Source: Podarcis vaucheri (taxonomy: Eukaryota). From it: 64,000 nt of DNA. Of this stretch, positions 12,201 to 23,910 are shown one piece after another (within the stretch, counting starts at the first letter, position 1; the number at the start of each line of letters is the position of its first letter). Below the pieces are notes generated by a model, which had not been told where the DNA came from, ran no database searches, and saw only the letters and a program-made list of their open reading frames with translations. Both the position numbers and the translations under genes were made by a program. The DNA is taken from assembly GCA_965113315.1 (NCBI GenBank), contig OZ220370.1. One strand, given 5' to 3'.

Positions 12201-15200
12201 TTGCACAGCCAGAAGTCTTTGTTCTTGCAGAAGTGTTTAGTTGGATACCGCCCACAGACAATCTACTGAGTACATTTTATATCCTGCCTTTCTTCCATCA
12301 GGCTCTCAAAGAAGTATATGTGAGGTTCCTAGGCGATCTCTCATCAAGATGCAGACCAGACCTAGACCTGCTTGGTTTCAGCAAGGTGGCTGGATCCTGT
12401 GTCCCGAGACCTGTAAACATGGAAATGGCATCATAGCAGACACAGTTTTGTTTGATATAGATGGGCGACATGTCAGTTTCCATCTCTCCTTACAACAGTG
12501 ATTTATAAAGAGTTACTAAACTACAGAGCCATTGACAGAAAGAAATTCAGATCAGGCCTGTAAGCTGCCATATTCCTCTACTAACACACAGGAAACGTAC
12601 CGCATTAAAGAAAAATTGTTGTGTTCCAGGAATAGCTTTCATTGAAGCTTTTACTTATGGCTTATTAAATTGTTTTAAGGTAAAGATAAGTTTAAGTGCT
12701 TACAATGCAGAATAAGAATATTTTCTTCTTCTTCTGGTACCTCTTTTTTCTTTTTTAAGCAAACCTTTGTGTGCTTTGTCCCCTCTCATCCCAGGACTTG
12801 AATCATCTGAGAAGTAAACTCTTGGTGCCTGGATCACATCTTGACTTAGGCCCCCGAGAATCCAAGATTCCTATACTCCTGGTTCAGCAGCCTGGAAAAA
12901 TGGCTGGAGAAGATCGACTAGGATGGGGAAGTGGCTGGGATATTTGCTTGCCCAAAGGTTGGGGCATGGCTTTTTGGCTACCTTTTGTAAGTTATGTTTC
13001 GGATTGAAAAACCGTGGGTAATGAACTATAATTGCTGACTAACATACCTTTGCTCTTCATGATGATTAAAACATTTTAAAAAATGCACGCACCCTGACAG
13101 CTCATGATGAAATTAACTCCATGTTTTCTACGAAGTATCCCATGGTGGTTTTATGGTTTTATATTGATACCACTTAGAATGTTCCTTCCATTCTATTGGA
13201 GAAACAGAGCCCCAAAGGCAATGCAAGCTGAGCATCCACACGAGATTCACTTTTCCTAAACACCAGCCTTAGGTGTTCAAAAGGAGGATTCATTGCAGGC
13301 AAATCTCTTGCCATGTTTTCATGCAATCCAGAAAAGCAGCGGTAACTTTAGTTTACGGACCTTTCCTCTTGTTCTTGCATTCTCTTAACTGTCAATGGTA
13401 TAAATGGCTGCAGAAGGAGTTTTTATATCACACTGCCGTCCCTATGCCTGGATCCTAAGGCTACAAAATGCAAACCAAAAGTTGCAACTGCTGTGGATTA
13501 TTTAAAAAAAAAGATCCTCTTCATAATGAAACCGAAAGTAGATTATTTGGACTGAGCTGGGCAGTTTCTAAGAATCTTGTCAGTATTAGCTTTTCTTACA
13601 ATTTGAAGCTTCCAAGCCTGCGGAAGGGCATCTGCACTGAGATACAATAGGCGCCTGATATCTGTATCTTCTGAAAAACAATGAAGAAGTTTTTGTTCCA
13701 GCAAACTTTCCCACCTCGATGAAAAAGTCCTTCCTTAGGTGTTCATTTTGTTTTGTTTCTAAGTCTACCTTCAGTTGTTCTTTGTACTTTTTAACTGCTT
13801 TTATGGCCTGTCTTTAAATCTCCTTGAGGCTTACCTAAAAGGCAATTCATAACTGATAAATAAATGAAAGTCAACCTTACACATTTGTTTTGTAGCTGTA
13901 TCGAGGTGCACGTGTTGGGGGACTGCAGGAGGCTCTGAAACATGCTCTGTATAAGAGAACACCACATATCCCGCACGATTACCCAGACTCTCCTGCTGCC
14001 ATGCAGTTTGCCAAAACATTGGAGAGAAATCTTCTTGAAAAGTTTAAGAGGTAGGTATCTGAGATGCACCTGGGAGCTTCCCCCCTTACCTCAGCCAGTA
14101 CATGTGGTATATATTCAGATTAAATCTTCAGAAAAATTACCTTTCCAAAGGCAATGGGAACACGACATTTTAGGTCACAACTCAGTATGGCAAAAGACGT
14201 GAAAGCACTTTCCTCCAGCCAATAATTTAGGGAAAGGATTTCTTTTAATCTAGCCAAGGTTAAAAAAAAAGAAAAGAAGAAGAATTTATCCTTTTTACCA
14301 ATGTAATTCTTGGCAATTAGGCAGTATATAAATACCGTATTTTTCGCTCTATAACACACACCCGACCATAACACGCACATAGTTTTTAGAGGAGGAAAAC
14401 AAGAAAAAAAATATTCTAAACGAAACAGTGGATGTATGATTTTTGTGGTTCATGCTGTGGCCACAGACATGTAATCTGACAGTGAGTTTGGGGTAGCCCA
14501 ATGCAAAAATCCTGAGGATCCATGTGGATCCATGCTTTGTAACCACGTTTTTGCACCACTGCGGCCCCAGGCAACAGTGGGTGCGTGATTTCTTTGGTGC
14601 AAGATGTAGCCATGGACATGCTATGTGATCTGATGGTGAATTTGGGGTGACCCAGTGCAAAAATCCTGAGGATCCATGTGGATCCGTGCTTTGTAACCAC
14701 GTTTTAAGTGGGGAGGGAAGGAAAAGCACTCAAGGGACAAGGAACACACATGGGGTGGGTGGAGAAGGATGCTGTTAATAATGCAGAAGAGGGGTATAAG
14801 AGGAGAAGGCTCCTCTCCTCTCCTGCTTTGCTCCTTTAAAGGCTCTGCTTCTCTCCCTCCTCCCCGGCTCACTGAAAAACTTTGCTGCTATTAAGCCAGC
14901 TGAGTGGGGAGGAGAGAGGGACAGAGAGCCTGCTTGCGAAAAACTTTGCTGCTATTTAGCGAGCTGTTCTCTCCCTCCTCCCCGGCTCGCTGAAAAAAAC
15001 AGCTCCGGACTCGTGTAAGCGGCTCCTCTCCTCTCCCGCTTTGCTCCTTTAAAGCAAGCAGGCTCTCTGCCCCTCTCTCCTCCCCACTCAGCGGCTCTTC
15101 TCCCGCTTTGCTGTTTCAAAGCGAGCCACGGAGGAGGGAAGGAAGGGGAACCGTGGATCCTCTGCTCACGACTGCAGCAGATCCCCACCACCACCACCCG

Positions 15201-17070
15201 TAGGCATTCCCTCCATAACACGCACAGACATTTCCCCTTACTTTCTAGGAGGAAAAAAATGAATGTTATGGTGCAAAAAGTACGGTATATTAATAATAAT
15301 AATTTTGCATTTCCCTCTATGTTTGGCTGCTTCTAAATGAGAAGTTTTTTTCTTTATCGTAGGCGTCCTCCTGCAAAAAGAGCCAATTATGTTAAGCATG
15401 GGACCTTGGCACCATTCCTCTGTCCCTGGGATAAGCTGAACAGAGATTGGGAGGCCAGAAACAGAGCTTTTGCAAAACATATACCCACATCAGACCAGGA
15501 GTCTTGTGCAACTGAGGAACAGGCTTCTTGTGGCCCCAGCTCTGGAGCACATGCGGCTGAATCACCTGTGGCTGTCAGTTCAGAACATCAAATGGAGATG
15601 AGTTCCCCAGACATGCAGGTGGAAGAAGAGAGAAAAATGATGGGTCTATGCAAGAGAGATGAAGCTGAATCAGGTTGGACCTTCTGTGTTCTCAGGTATG
15701 CACACCAAATCAATTCCCCCATTGACCATAGTGGGAAATCAACTTGCAACTCATGTGAATCCATACATAGGGATTTTGAGTGTGCAAGCTGTTGCCATGG
15801 AACAAGACTTAGATCCTTGAGTACTTCATCTTCTGAGGCTTACCCTGGTCAGACGTGACAAGCTTTAGAAGCTGTTCTGCTTATGAGCTGTCTTCCAAAC
15901 TTGTGAATTGCTTATTACCTGTGTACACAAATGTCCTCTGCACTTTGGAGCTTTTAAAGGCTTGTTTCAAGTGAGTGTGGTCAGTTAGCACCTGATTATT
16001 TCAACAGGCTGAAGCCAGAACTGTAGCAATTAACTCTTAAATAGGAGTCTCTTGCCCTGCAGATGCTCATGCTTATATTTTCTGAGTGACGTAGGAGTGC
16101 AAGAGTCCTATATTCAAAATCCAACTCTGCTCCAAAACATACTGGGTGACCTTGGGTCACTATCTCTTGGCCTACTTTGCAGGGTGAAAGTTAAGCTAAA
16201 AGGTGGACCGGAGCACATTGTATGCCACTCCTCTGCTCCTTGAAGGAAGGACATGATAAACATTTAATAAATGCAGTATTTAAACTCTGAACAAAGTTGT
16301 GCAGTCTCAGTAAGCTCTTCATCATCCACAGAGAGAGAGATAGACAAATCGCATCTTTACACTTGTTCTGTACTGAACTGCATGAAAACATAACTTCTTG
16401 TATCTTTTTCAATAGGAGCAGAAAATTATTAAGGCAGGTATCGTTCTGGTGCCAGCCAACACCTGGGAGAAATCGGAGGCTACAGCGCCTTGTCGCCAGG
16501 CCAGATGAGAAGGATCTGACTGAAGATGCCCTCCTGCCTATCCTTCAACGTTATCCCAGGTCACTGGTTTGGGTCAGCTTGTCCCTTCTCAAAAAAGGTA
16601 GCCCAGAGTTACACGCAATGATTTGCATTCCAACAAAAGGAGATTTATTGCAGCTCAGCAAAGACCAAGACTACTGTGGCCCTCAGGAACCTAAGCACAG
16701 CGACAGATTTAAGAGCAAGATGTCGAAACGAAAGGGAAGGAAGAAGAGGCAAGAGGTCGGGAAGGCCACAGAAAGCAGTGCCTTGAATACAGTGAAGGCC
16801 GCACCGACAGAACATGAAGATCTGGTTCTGGGCTTATGGCCGAACCCTTTGCCTGATCTTGCAGCACACTGTTCCAGAGTGCTCTTGGGATTTGTCACTC
16901 AAGGGGACTTCTCCTTGGCCTCTGGCTGTGGTGAGGCATTAGGGTTTGTTAGTCTGACAGGGTTGCTGCGAATGTTGGTGGGTCAGCCAGTGGACAAGAA
17001 AGGGCTTGTGGTGTTAAGAAACCCAGCGTCCCTACAATACAGGTTTGCTAGGCTTACGGTTGAAGTCTAA
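32..17070 (+). CDS. POP1: POP1, ribonuclease P/MRP protein subunit (5'-partial, 13 coding exons in window)
   Basis: Spliced frame is open across exons 32-207, 1097-1345, 1871-1958, 3141-3328, 4437-4687, 5247-5340, 6336-6447, 6575-6691, 11702-11817, 12795-12986, 13896-14050, 15363-15695, 16416-17070. All introns are GT-AG with matching phases. POP1 motifs [66 protein letters not shown] and C-terminal [12 protein letters not shown] are present. Confidence 0.98.
865..1012 (-). mobile_element. L2-type LINE 3' tail fragment
   Basis: Near-copy of the 3' end of the L2 fragment at 30561-30931 (atctgactgggttgcccc...aaaaacttccctg...gctgcctt), with a (TAA)n tail. Confidence 0.7.
1097..1345 (+). CDS. 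POP1: POP1 exon (TEKFEHQKK...[14 protein letters not shown]...HCLLQ)
   Basis: atgcag acceptor, CAG|gtact donor, 249 nt. Confidence 0.95.
1871..1958 (+). CDS. POP1: POP1 exon ([29 protein letters not shown])
   Basis: polypyrimidine tract + catcag acceptor, G|gtaat donor, 88 nt; absent from ORF track. Confidence 0.95.
3141..3328 (+). CDS. POP1: POP1 exon ([16 protein letters not shown]...[13 protein letters not shown])
   Basis: cttctcag acceptor, CAG|gtac donor, 188 nt. Confidence 0.95.
3388..3744 (-). mobile_element. Sauria SINE (Squam1), full length
   Basis: Reverse complement has a gggacgcgggtg head, B box ggttcgaatcc and (ACCTTT)n tail; four similar copies elsewhere in the window. Confidence 0.9.
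4437..4687 (+). CDS. POP1: POP1 exon ([10 protein letters not shown]...[10 protein letters not shown]...TTGVVI)
   Basis: cccattag acceptor, AG|gtac donor, 251 nt. Confidence 0.93.
5247..5340 (+). CDS. POP1: POP1 exon ([31 protein letters not shown])
   Basis: ctcttccag acceptor, ACT|gtaag donor, 94 nt. Confidence 0.95.
6336..6447 (+). CDS. POP1: POP1 exon ([13 protein letters not shown]...QEAIFELLQ)
   Basis: tctag acceptor, G|gtag donor, 112 nt. Confidence 0.92.
6575..6691 (+). CDS. POP1: POP1 exon ([25 protein letters not shown]...PERYQ)
   Basis: tttaaag acceptor, G|gtaaag donor, 117 nt. Confidence 0.92.
8069..8327. mobile_element. Tc2/pogo-like MITE with CCGTA termini
   Basis: TIRs ccgtattttttgctctataagac / gtcttatagagcgaaaaatacgg, sitting in a TA-rich microsatellite. 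Confidence 0.85.
9403..9643. mobile_element. Tc1/mariner (Tigger-like) MITE
   Basis: TIRs cagtggaacctcggttg / caaccgaagttccactg, flanks TG / TA. Confidence 0.8.
9776..10279 (-). mobile_element. Probable solo LTR in a POP1 intron
   Basis: TGTGAG...CTCACA termini, 4-bp TSD caac/catc (1 mismatch); CCAAT boxes, TATA-like motif (about 9961-9967) and AATAAA (about 9880) in LTR order on the minus strand. Confidence 0.65.
11049..11182. mobile_element. Short palindromic hAT MITE (older family)
   Basis: cagggatgggga...tccccacccatg termini, internal hairpin, flanks ctttaaag / cttttaaag. Similar degenerate copies near 5750, 17320, 21200, 23500, 38800 and 44900. Confidence 0.7.
11192..11329. mobile_element. 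Palindromic hAT MITE
   Basis: cagtggttctca...tgagaaaggctg, near-perfect hairpin, 8-bp TSD ttttaaag (11184-91, 11330-37). Confidence 0.88.
11702..11817 (+). CDS. POP1: POP1 exon ([25 protein letters not shown]...KMPEQ)
   Basis: long pyrimidine tract + ttag acceptor, CAG|gtaac donor, 116 nt; absent from ORF track. Confidence 0.94.
12795..12986 (+). CDS. POP1: POP1 exon ([13 protein letters not shown]...[10 protein letters not shown])
   Basis: atcccag acceptor, TTT|gtaag donor, 192 nt. Confidence 0.95.
13896..14050 (+). CDS. POP1: POP1 exon ([12 protein letters not shown]...[10 protein letters not shown]...EKFK)
   Basis: ttttgtag acceptor, AG|gtagg donor, 155 nt. Confidence 0.95.
14335..15285. 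mobile_element. Long non-autonomous Tc2/pogo-like element with CCGTA termini
   Basis: TA|ccgtatttttcgctctataaca...tgttatggtgcaaaaagtacgg|TA; shares subterminal sequence with 8069-8327 in the opposite orientation; has internal duplications. Confidence 0.85.
15363..15695 (+). CDS. POP1: POP1 exon ([18 protein letters not shown]...WTFCVL)
   Basis: tttatcgtag acceptor, AG|gtatg donor, 333 nt. Confidence 0.93.
16416..17070 (+). CDS. POP1: POP1 terminal coding exon (SRKLLRQV...[11 protein letters not shown])
   Basis: tttttcaatag acceptor, TAA at 17068-17070. Confidence 0.95.
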
Positions 17071-17978
17071 CTTGGGCTGGAACTCATTGGCATTCAAAAG
17101 TACCAAAGACGCTTTTCTCTTGAACATGTACAGGCATCTTAATCTTGAGTCGGAGCTTCCAAAAATATACCTTACCTTTGTGCATACGTGACATGAAATA
17201 GACTTTGAAACTATTCTGTATTGTGTTCAATATCAAATATCTCTTCTATTACTTAGAGGCACACACACTGAACATCTGTACTTAACAACAAATGCTAATT
17301 GCTTTTTTATGTTTAAACTAGGCATGGGGAACCTTTGGCTCTCTGAATGTTGCTGCTCTATAACTCCCATAATTGGTCATGCTTGATGGGGTTGATGGGA
17401 GTTGTAGTTCAGCAATACTGGGGGGGGGGATTCACATTGTTGTATACTATTCCCCCCCCCCTTTACATACAGATTTGCCTCAAGTAAGGAATTCTGCCCC
17501 CATCCCCCCTTGTAACATAGTGGTTTTGGCTGCACATTTCAGGCTTACAGTGGTTTTTGGGGCCCATACATTTAGCAAGTAAGATTTTAGGGTATTTAAG
17601 ATGGTACTTTTTCTGGAACCACGGTATTCCCTCATGTTCAGTTAATACTGGAAGAATTCCCCCCAATCTGCCCCCCTACCCCCGGATGTTGAATTGAAAT
17701 AATGTTAATAAAGCCATGGAAATTACATGAAGGGTTGTCTCCCTCACCTTAGCCTCAGCTTTTCTGAACAAATATTGCGCAAGTGTTCCACTTTGGACAA
17801 AAGTCCTTCACTATTCCTGAGAGAAGATGGCTTGACAGGCCCTGTAAGCCACACTACCTTTTATGATCAAGTAGAAGAATCATGTCAGAAGAATCATGTT
17901 ACCTTTATCTTAAATATGAATTTATTGCGAGAGGTGATAATTCTGTAATCAGTAAGTAAACTGAAACACATAGAAGGC

Positions 17979-17984
17979 AATAAA
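17979..17984 (+). promoter_or_regulatory. Candidate POP1 polyadenylation signal (alternative AATAAA at 17707-17712)
   Basis: AATAAA about 0.9 kb after the stop, followed about 25 nt later by GT-rich tttgtcgtgttttg. Confidence 0.5.
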
Positions 17985-18308
17985 CTTGCTCACAATATAA
18001 AAATATTTGTCGTGTTTTGACCTCCTGTAAAGATAGATAAGGTTGGGAGCCCCCTGTTGGAAATCATGGAGAACTGCTTCCAGTTAGTGTGGACAGATCT
18101 GACTGTGTATAGCAGCTTCCTATAGTTTTGGTATTGATCATGCTGGTTGGGGCAGATGGAAGTTGTGGCCCCTACCTAGACCTGAAGGCTTAGCCACCCC
18201 TGCCTTGAATAGTAACCTAATAGTGTGTCTTGTTTTGGATACATACTTAATATTCCCCAAACCAGTAATTGTTGCACCTGTTGCCATATTTTTAGTTTGC
18301 TTTTACCA

Positions 18309-18669
18309 TGAATTATGGTGCTGGAGGAGACTCTTGAGAGTCCCATGGACTGCAAGAAGATCAAACCTCTCTATTCTGAAGGAAATCAGCCCTGAGTGCT
18401 CACTGGAAGGACAGATCCTGAAGCTGAGGCTCCAATACTTTGGCCACATCATGAGAAGAGAAGACTCCCTGGAAAAGACCTTGATGATGGGAAAGATGGA
18501 GGGCACAAGGAGAAGGGGACGACAGAGGACGAGATGGTTGGATAGTGTTCTCGAAGCTACGAACATGAGTTTGACCAAACTGCGGGAGGCAGTGGAAGAC
18601 GGGAGTGCCTGGCGTTCTCTGGTCCATGGGGTCACAAAGAGTCGGACACGACTAAACAACAACAACAAC
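18309..18669 (+). mobile_element. RTE-BovB LINE, 5'-truncated 3' fragment
   Basis: Translates ELWCWRRLLRVPWTARRSN...LQYFGH..RREDSLEKTLM.GK...HGVTKSRTRL, then a (CAA)n tail. Confidence 0.93.
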
Positions 18670-18951
18670 CATCTGGTGAATGCAAACTTTAAAATACTAC
18701 TTTCATTTTTTGAAAAAAAAAACAAATCTACGCCAAAGGGATGTCATTTCAACAAAGAATTCCTGCTTGAGACAACTAAGCAAAATTCAAATCAGAAAGA
18801 TTTTTTAAAAAAATAAGAAGAAAGCACAGTTTCATCTGTTGTGTAACCTGTCTGCTAACCTTTCTTTGTTATATAATTGTGGTGGGGTCATAATTCATTG
18901 ACAAAAAATGCAACAGCAGGGCCAGATAAGTTCAGTTCATCAAAATGAATG

Positions 18952-19176
18952 CAGTGGTACCTTGGTTCTTGAACTTAGTCCATTTGACTCCCGAAACCAT
19001 TCAGAAACCAAGGCGCGGCTTCTGATTGGCTGCAGGAGCTTCCTGCACTCAAGCGGAAACTGCATCGGATGTTCAGCTTCCGAAAAACATTCGCAAACCA
19101 GAACACTTCCAGGTTTGCGGCATTCAAGAGCCAATTTGATCAACAACTAAGCTGTTTGAGAACCAAGGTATCACTA
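18952..19176. mobile_element. Tc1/mariner (Tigger-like) MITE
   Basis: TIRs cagtggtaccttggttcttgaac / gtttgagaaccaaggtatcacta. Confidence 0.8.
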
Positions 19177-19184
19177 TATGAATG

Positions 19185-19403
19185 CAGTGGTACCTCGGGT
19201 TACAGACGCTTCAGGTTACAGACTCCGCTAACCCAGAAATAGTACCTCGGGTTAAGACTTTGCTTCAGTATGAGAACAGAAATTGTGCGGCGGCAGCAGC
19301 GGGAGGCCCCATTAGCTAAAGTGGTGCTTCAGGTTAAGAACAGTTTCAGGTTAAGAACGGACCTCCAGAACAAATTTTAAGTTCTTAACCCGAGTTACCA
19401 CTG
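19185..19403. mobile_element. Tc1/mariner (Tigger-like) MITE, same family as 63223-63448
   Basis: TIRs cagtggtacctcgggtta / taacccgagttaccactg followed by TA. Confidence 0.85.
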
Positions 19404-19626
19404 TATTGAAAGTCATCTGTTCTTCCAAGTGTGGAACTATCCTAAACACTATTGTATATTTTTCAGCCTGGGTTGATTTCAGTCTTCATGTATCCTTTCA
19501 TTTGCTGATGGCACTGCTGGGGCAACAGTGTCAAAGAGGACCAGTGTTGAGTAACGGCATCTTCCATATTGGAGTATAAGATAATGTGACTAGTTTAAAC
19601 TATATGAGCTGCATGCTTTTAACTGA

Positions 19627-19627
<1 letters not shown>

Positions 19628-19698
<71 letters not shown>
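19628..19698. repeat. Compound (ATT)n(ATC)n microsatellite, probably the tail of an old minus-strand Squam3/MIR-like SINE (about 19700-19830)
   Basis: Read directly; adjacent ctcaaggtcacccaatgagtttcatg resembles the SINE core. Confidence 0.8.
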
Positions 19699-21777
19699 TT
19701 TCCTCCTCAGGTTAGCTTACGATACATGATTTTCTCCCCACCCCGCTGTAAGCCTTTGAGATAGGTTGTGCTTGAGAAATGGTGATTGGCTCAAGGTCAC
19801 CCAATGAGTTTCATGACTGAGTTGGGCTTTGCCTGGGCAAAATAAGGAAGAATAGCTTCTGGCAACTCAGCAGAGACACAGTTTGCACACCACATTAAGC
19901 CAAACCACAGTGAAAATTTGTTTGTTTAATTGTTTAATTCGCATAATGCCATTCATCTGACGATCACAGGACAGTTCATAACACAAAAATACAAAATGAG
20001 AACACAGTAATACAAACTTAACTGCAAGCCGTGGTTGAGAGGATGCTCAAGTCTAAACCAAGTCTTGGCTTATCTTAGCATTGTACAGTAACAAACAGGA
20101 TTGGGGAGAAACACCGCAGCTGCGAGCATCTGTGAACTCACACTAAGCTAAGGTTTGGCTTAGGTTGACACAATAAACACCATTCAAAAATCCAGTATAT
20201 AAAATACACAACCTTTCAGCATAATAATAAAAGGAAGGGCTTGATCTAACTGACTTTCTCCAAAAGAAGTCCAGGGCAGCTTGTATTTCAGGCTTGCGTA
20301 ACATCAAAAAGCTTTTAACTGTAGAAACTGAAGGTTTTGCTCTGGCATGTTTTCAACGGCTTCAAGGTACTTAAGTTCTCTAAGTGGCTGCTGTGGACAG
20401 AGGAGAAACATTGGTTAATGCTATTTGTCTTGGAGTTAAATAATTCAGATACTGATGTGCTCTGGATGGATTAGTTGCTCGTGGGGTTTCTCAAAGGCTG
20501 CATTTGCCATGCTTTGTAGACTCCTTAGTTCCAGCTAGATGTCCTCCTAATTAGCTGCTTTGCAGAAAAGACTCTTTGTTGTGCGCTGGGTCACTGGCGC
20601 TTCCATGTAGCTCATTAAGGGACATTTGTCATTCCTGTGCTAAGCCTGACGCAGTCCACCTGCTTGCTAGACGGGAAGCAGGTTGCGGCAGCTTAAGGAG
20701 CTTACAACTGGTTATTTTGTGGTGGTGTCTGGTTCTTGGGTTTTTCTTATTTCCAGAAGCCACAGCAATAGTCTCGTTTCAAGTAAGAGTGCTGTCAGCA
20801 TTGAAAATGGCCACAAGATGTCCCCATAGGAAAAACAATGGCTGGTTTTGAATCTAACGCATCGTATAACCATGTGCAAATAATAAAAACCTTTAAATAG
20901 GCTGAGCGTGTTTTTCTCAGGTCAGCAATGATGGATTTCAGTCAATCTTTTGAATTGTTTCCCATTCAAAGACAGTTCCAAGGCTCTTTATCATGTTTGT
21001 TTTGAACTACCTCTTTTTCATTCTTCCTTTTTTAAAGCCAACAATTTTTATTGGCTTACTAGCATGGGCTTTGGTCTCCAGAACACAGTGAGATAAGTCA
21101 TTAGCAATTGCCAGTGGTGAGGCTAATTACACCTTGCTTCTTGATTCCCTAAAGAAGAACGGAAGGATCTCCTGTTGCCCTGTCTAACCCTTAAGCCAGG
21201 GATGGGAACCTGTGGCCCCCTGAATGCTGTTGGACTCCATCTCCCATCAGCCCTAGCGGTCAAGGGTGATAGGGAATGATGTCTGGAGGCCCACAGGTTC
21301 CCCAGCCTTCCTTAGCACATAGCCTCCTATATTTGGCTCACAATGGGCAGCACTGCACAATTTAGTGTCTGCCAGATATTGCTGAACTCCAGCTCCCATC
21401 AGCCACAGCCAGCATGGCCACTTGTCAGGAATTATGGGAGTTGCAGAGCTGGGACCACGCTTCCTTGACTTCTGCCTGTCCTGTCTCTCCATGTGTAGCA
21501 TTTGTTCCTTTAGCTGCACTTTTGACTAATTGCAATAAGTAAAGGCTGGAGTGAACATAAGAAGAGCCTCCTGAATCCGGCCAATGGCCCATTTGGTCCA
21601 TCTTCTCACAGTGGCCAACCAGATGCCTCAGCCTCAAGAGCACTCTCCCCATCTGTGGTTTCCAGCAACTGATTGCTTCTAGCACTTCATTGATTTGGCA
21701 ATTGAGGAAGTCCTGATGGTCTGTTTTCTACTGTTCTTTGGTTGACAGTCCAGATTTGCTGGTCATTATAACATTGT

Positions 21778-22275
21778 GAGACATCACCTTGCCAACAAAG
21801 GTCCGTATAGTTAAAGCTATGGTTTTCCCAGTAGTGATGTGTGGAAGTGAGAGCTTGAGATGTGAGAGCTGGACCATAAAGAAAGCTGATCACCAAAGAA
21901 TTGATGCTTTTGAATTATGGTGCTGGAGGAGACTCTTGAGAGTCCCATGGACTGCAAGAAGATCAAACCTATCCATTCTTAAGGAAATTAGCCCTGAGTG
22001 CTCACTGGAAGGACAGATCCTGAAGCTGAGGCTCCAATACTTTGGCCACCTCATGAGAAGAGAAGACTCCCTGGAAAAGACCCTGATGTTGGGAAAGATT
22101 GAGGGCACAAGGAGAAGGGGACGACAGAGGACGAGATGGTTGGACAGTGTTCTCAAAGCTACCAGCATGAGTTTGACCAAACTGCGAGAGGCAGTGGAAG
22201 ACAGGAGTACCTGGCATGCTCTGGTCCATGGGGTCACGAAGATTCGGACACGACTAAACGACTAAACAACAACAA
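21778..22275 (+). mobile_element. RTE-BovB LINE, 5'-truncated 3' fragment
   Basis: ORF PTKVRIVKAMVFPVVMCG..ESWTIKKA...RTRLND*, (CAA)n tail, 10-bp TSD ataacattgt (21768-77, 22276-85). Confidence 0.95.
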
Positions 22276-23659
22276 ATAACATTGTTATCTAGATTTAAAT
22301 GCGGTATAGGAAGCCTAGAATAAAATGACTGTTTCAGTCTTAAATTTTGCAGTGCTTGCATCCTGGTGTATCAAGAGTGTGCATCTAGGTTTCCAGCAAA
22401 CCATTGTCATTTGGATCCAAGTTAATTTTGTACAGTAATCTGGTGTGGATTTTGATATGTTAATTTACCATATTTTTTTCACACTCTGTATGTTGCATGA
22501 CTCCCCCCGCCCCATTTCATCTCGGGGGGCTGCTCAACCTGTACTTAGAAACTCAGGAAATACATTTAACCAGTTATTTAGATGCCATAGAGATGGTGCA
22601 GGCCTTGGGGTCAAATAGTTTGGTAAGGAGGTAGCATTCTCCCGAATTAACACTTTGGCTCTTGGGGGAAATACAAGCTTCAGTTTTGCAAACTTCACTA
22701 ATATATCCTGGTTTCTTTTAAATCCACTTACATATTTGATTCCCTTTGCTGGCCAGTTTCCCAGTTATTATTTTGAACATGGGGTGTACGTGCTAACTTG
22801 GTGACTTCGAGTTAGGAGTATTGATGAAATCCTTATTTAGGTATTTGACACTGCACAGCCACGTTGACATGGAGCAGGAAGGGCATTTCAGCCTATGAAT
22901 CTAAAGCCGAGCAAAAAAAAATTTTTATATGGGGGTGGTTTTTGACAAGAAATCGAGTCCACCCTAGAACAATCAGAAGACTGCGCTGAGTTGTCCTCTC
23001 CATCTGGTTGCCAGAATAAGCTGAAATGCTATGTGATATATATCCCACTCTGAATATATATCACAAGCATTTCTGCTTACGCGTTGCAATTTCCCATTGT
23101 TAAAGAGTTGCCATTTATGGCCCTTTACCATCTGCACTATACATTTAAAGCAGTATCATACCTCTTTAAGCAGCCATGGTTTCCCCCAAAGAATCATGGG
23201 AATCAGTGTAATTTCTTAAAGGCGCCAAGAGTTGTCGGGAGACCCCCCTTTCCCCTCTCAGAGCTACAATTTCCAGAGTGGTTTCACAGTCAGCCTTTCT
23301 TCCCAGGGAAATCCATCAACGGTATTTCCCCCCCTCTCCCTCTGGTGAGGGACACTAAAAGGTAAGTCTTTTCTGTTGTAGTGAACATGGGTGATCAAGA
23401 AGAGTGTCATATCTGAGGTTAATTGGTCTGGTGCAAAGCCAGTTTGATCACAGCAAAGGATGCAAGGGGAATCTTTGCCAAAGCTACTGCTAAGATAAGG
23501 GATGGGGGAATTTGTGGCCACCCAGATATTGTTGGGCTCCAGGTCCCGTTAGGTCCTACCAGCATGACCAATGGTCATGGGGTGATGGGAATTGTCTAAG
23601 AACAGTTGGAGGGTCACAGCTTCCCCCATCCCTGCTTACAATATTAGCATCCATACAAA

Positions 23660-23910
23660 GAGCCAGTGTGGTGTAGTGGTTAAGAGCGGTAGACTCGTAA
23701 TCTGGTAAACCAGGTTCACTTCCCTGCTCCTCCACATGCAGTTTCTGGGTGACCTTGGGCTAGTCACACTTCTTTGAAGTCTCTCAGCCCCACTCACCTC
23801 ACAGAGTGTTTGTTGTGGGGGAGGAAGGGAAATGAGAATGTTAGCCGCTTTGAGACTCCTTCGGGTAGTGATAAAGCAGGATATCAAATCCAAACTCTTC
23901 TTCTTCTTCT
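23660..23910 (+). mobile_element. Squam3 (Squam3B-type) tRNA/CORE SINE
   Basis: gccagtgtggtgtagtggttaagagc head, tgggtgaccttgggc core, (CTT)n tail; three close copies in the window. Confidence 0.85.

Noticed and set aside
16297-16415. Upstream extension of the last POP1 exon in the ORF track
   Set aside because: It is intronic; the proper acceptor and phase are at 16416 and the extension has no POP1 similarity.
18163-18816. 217-aa ORF as a novel gene
   Set aside because: Its core is the BovB ORF C-terminus; the flanks are chance read-through into a MITE remnant and AT-rich DNA.
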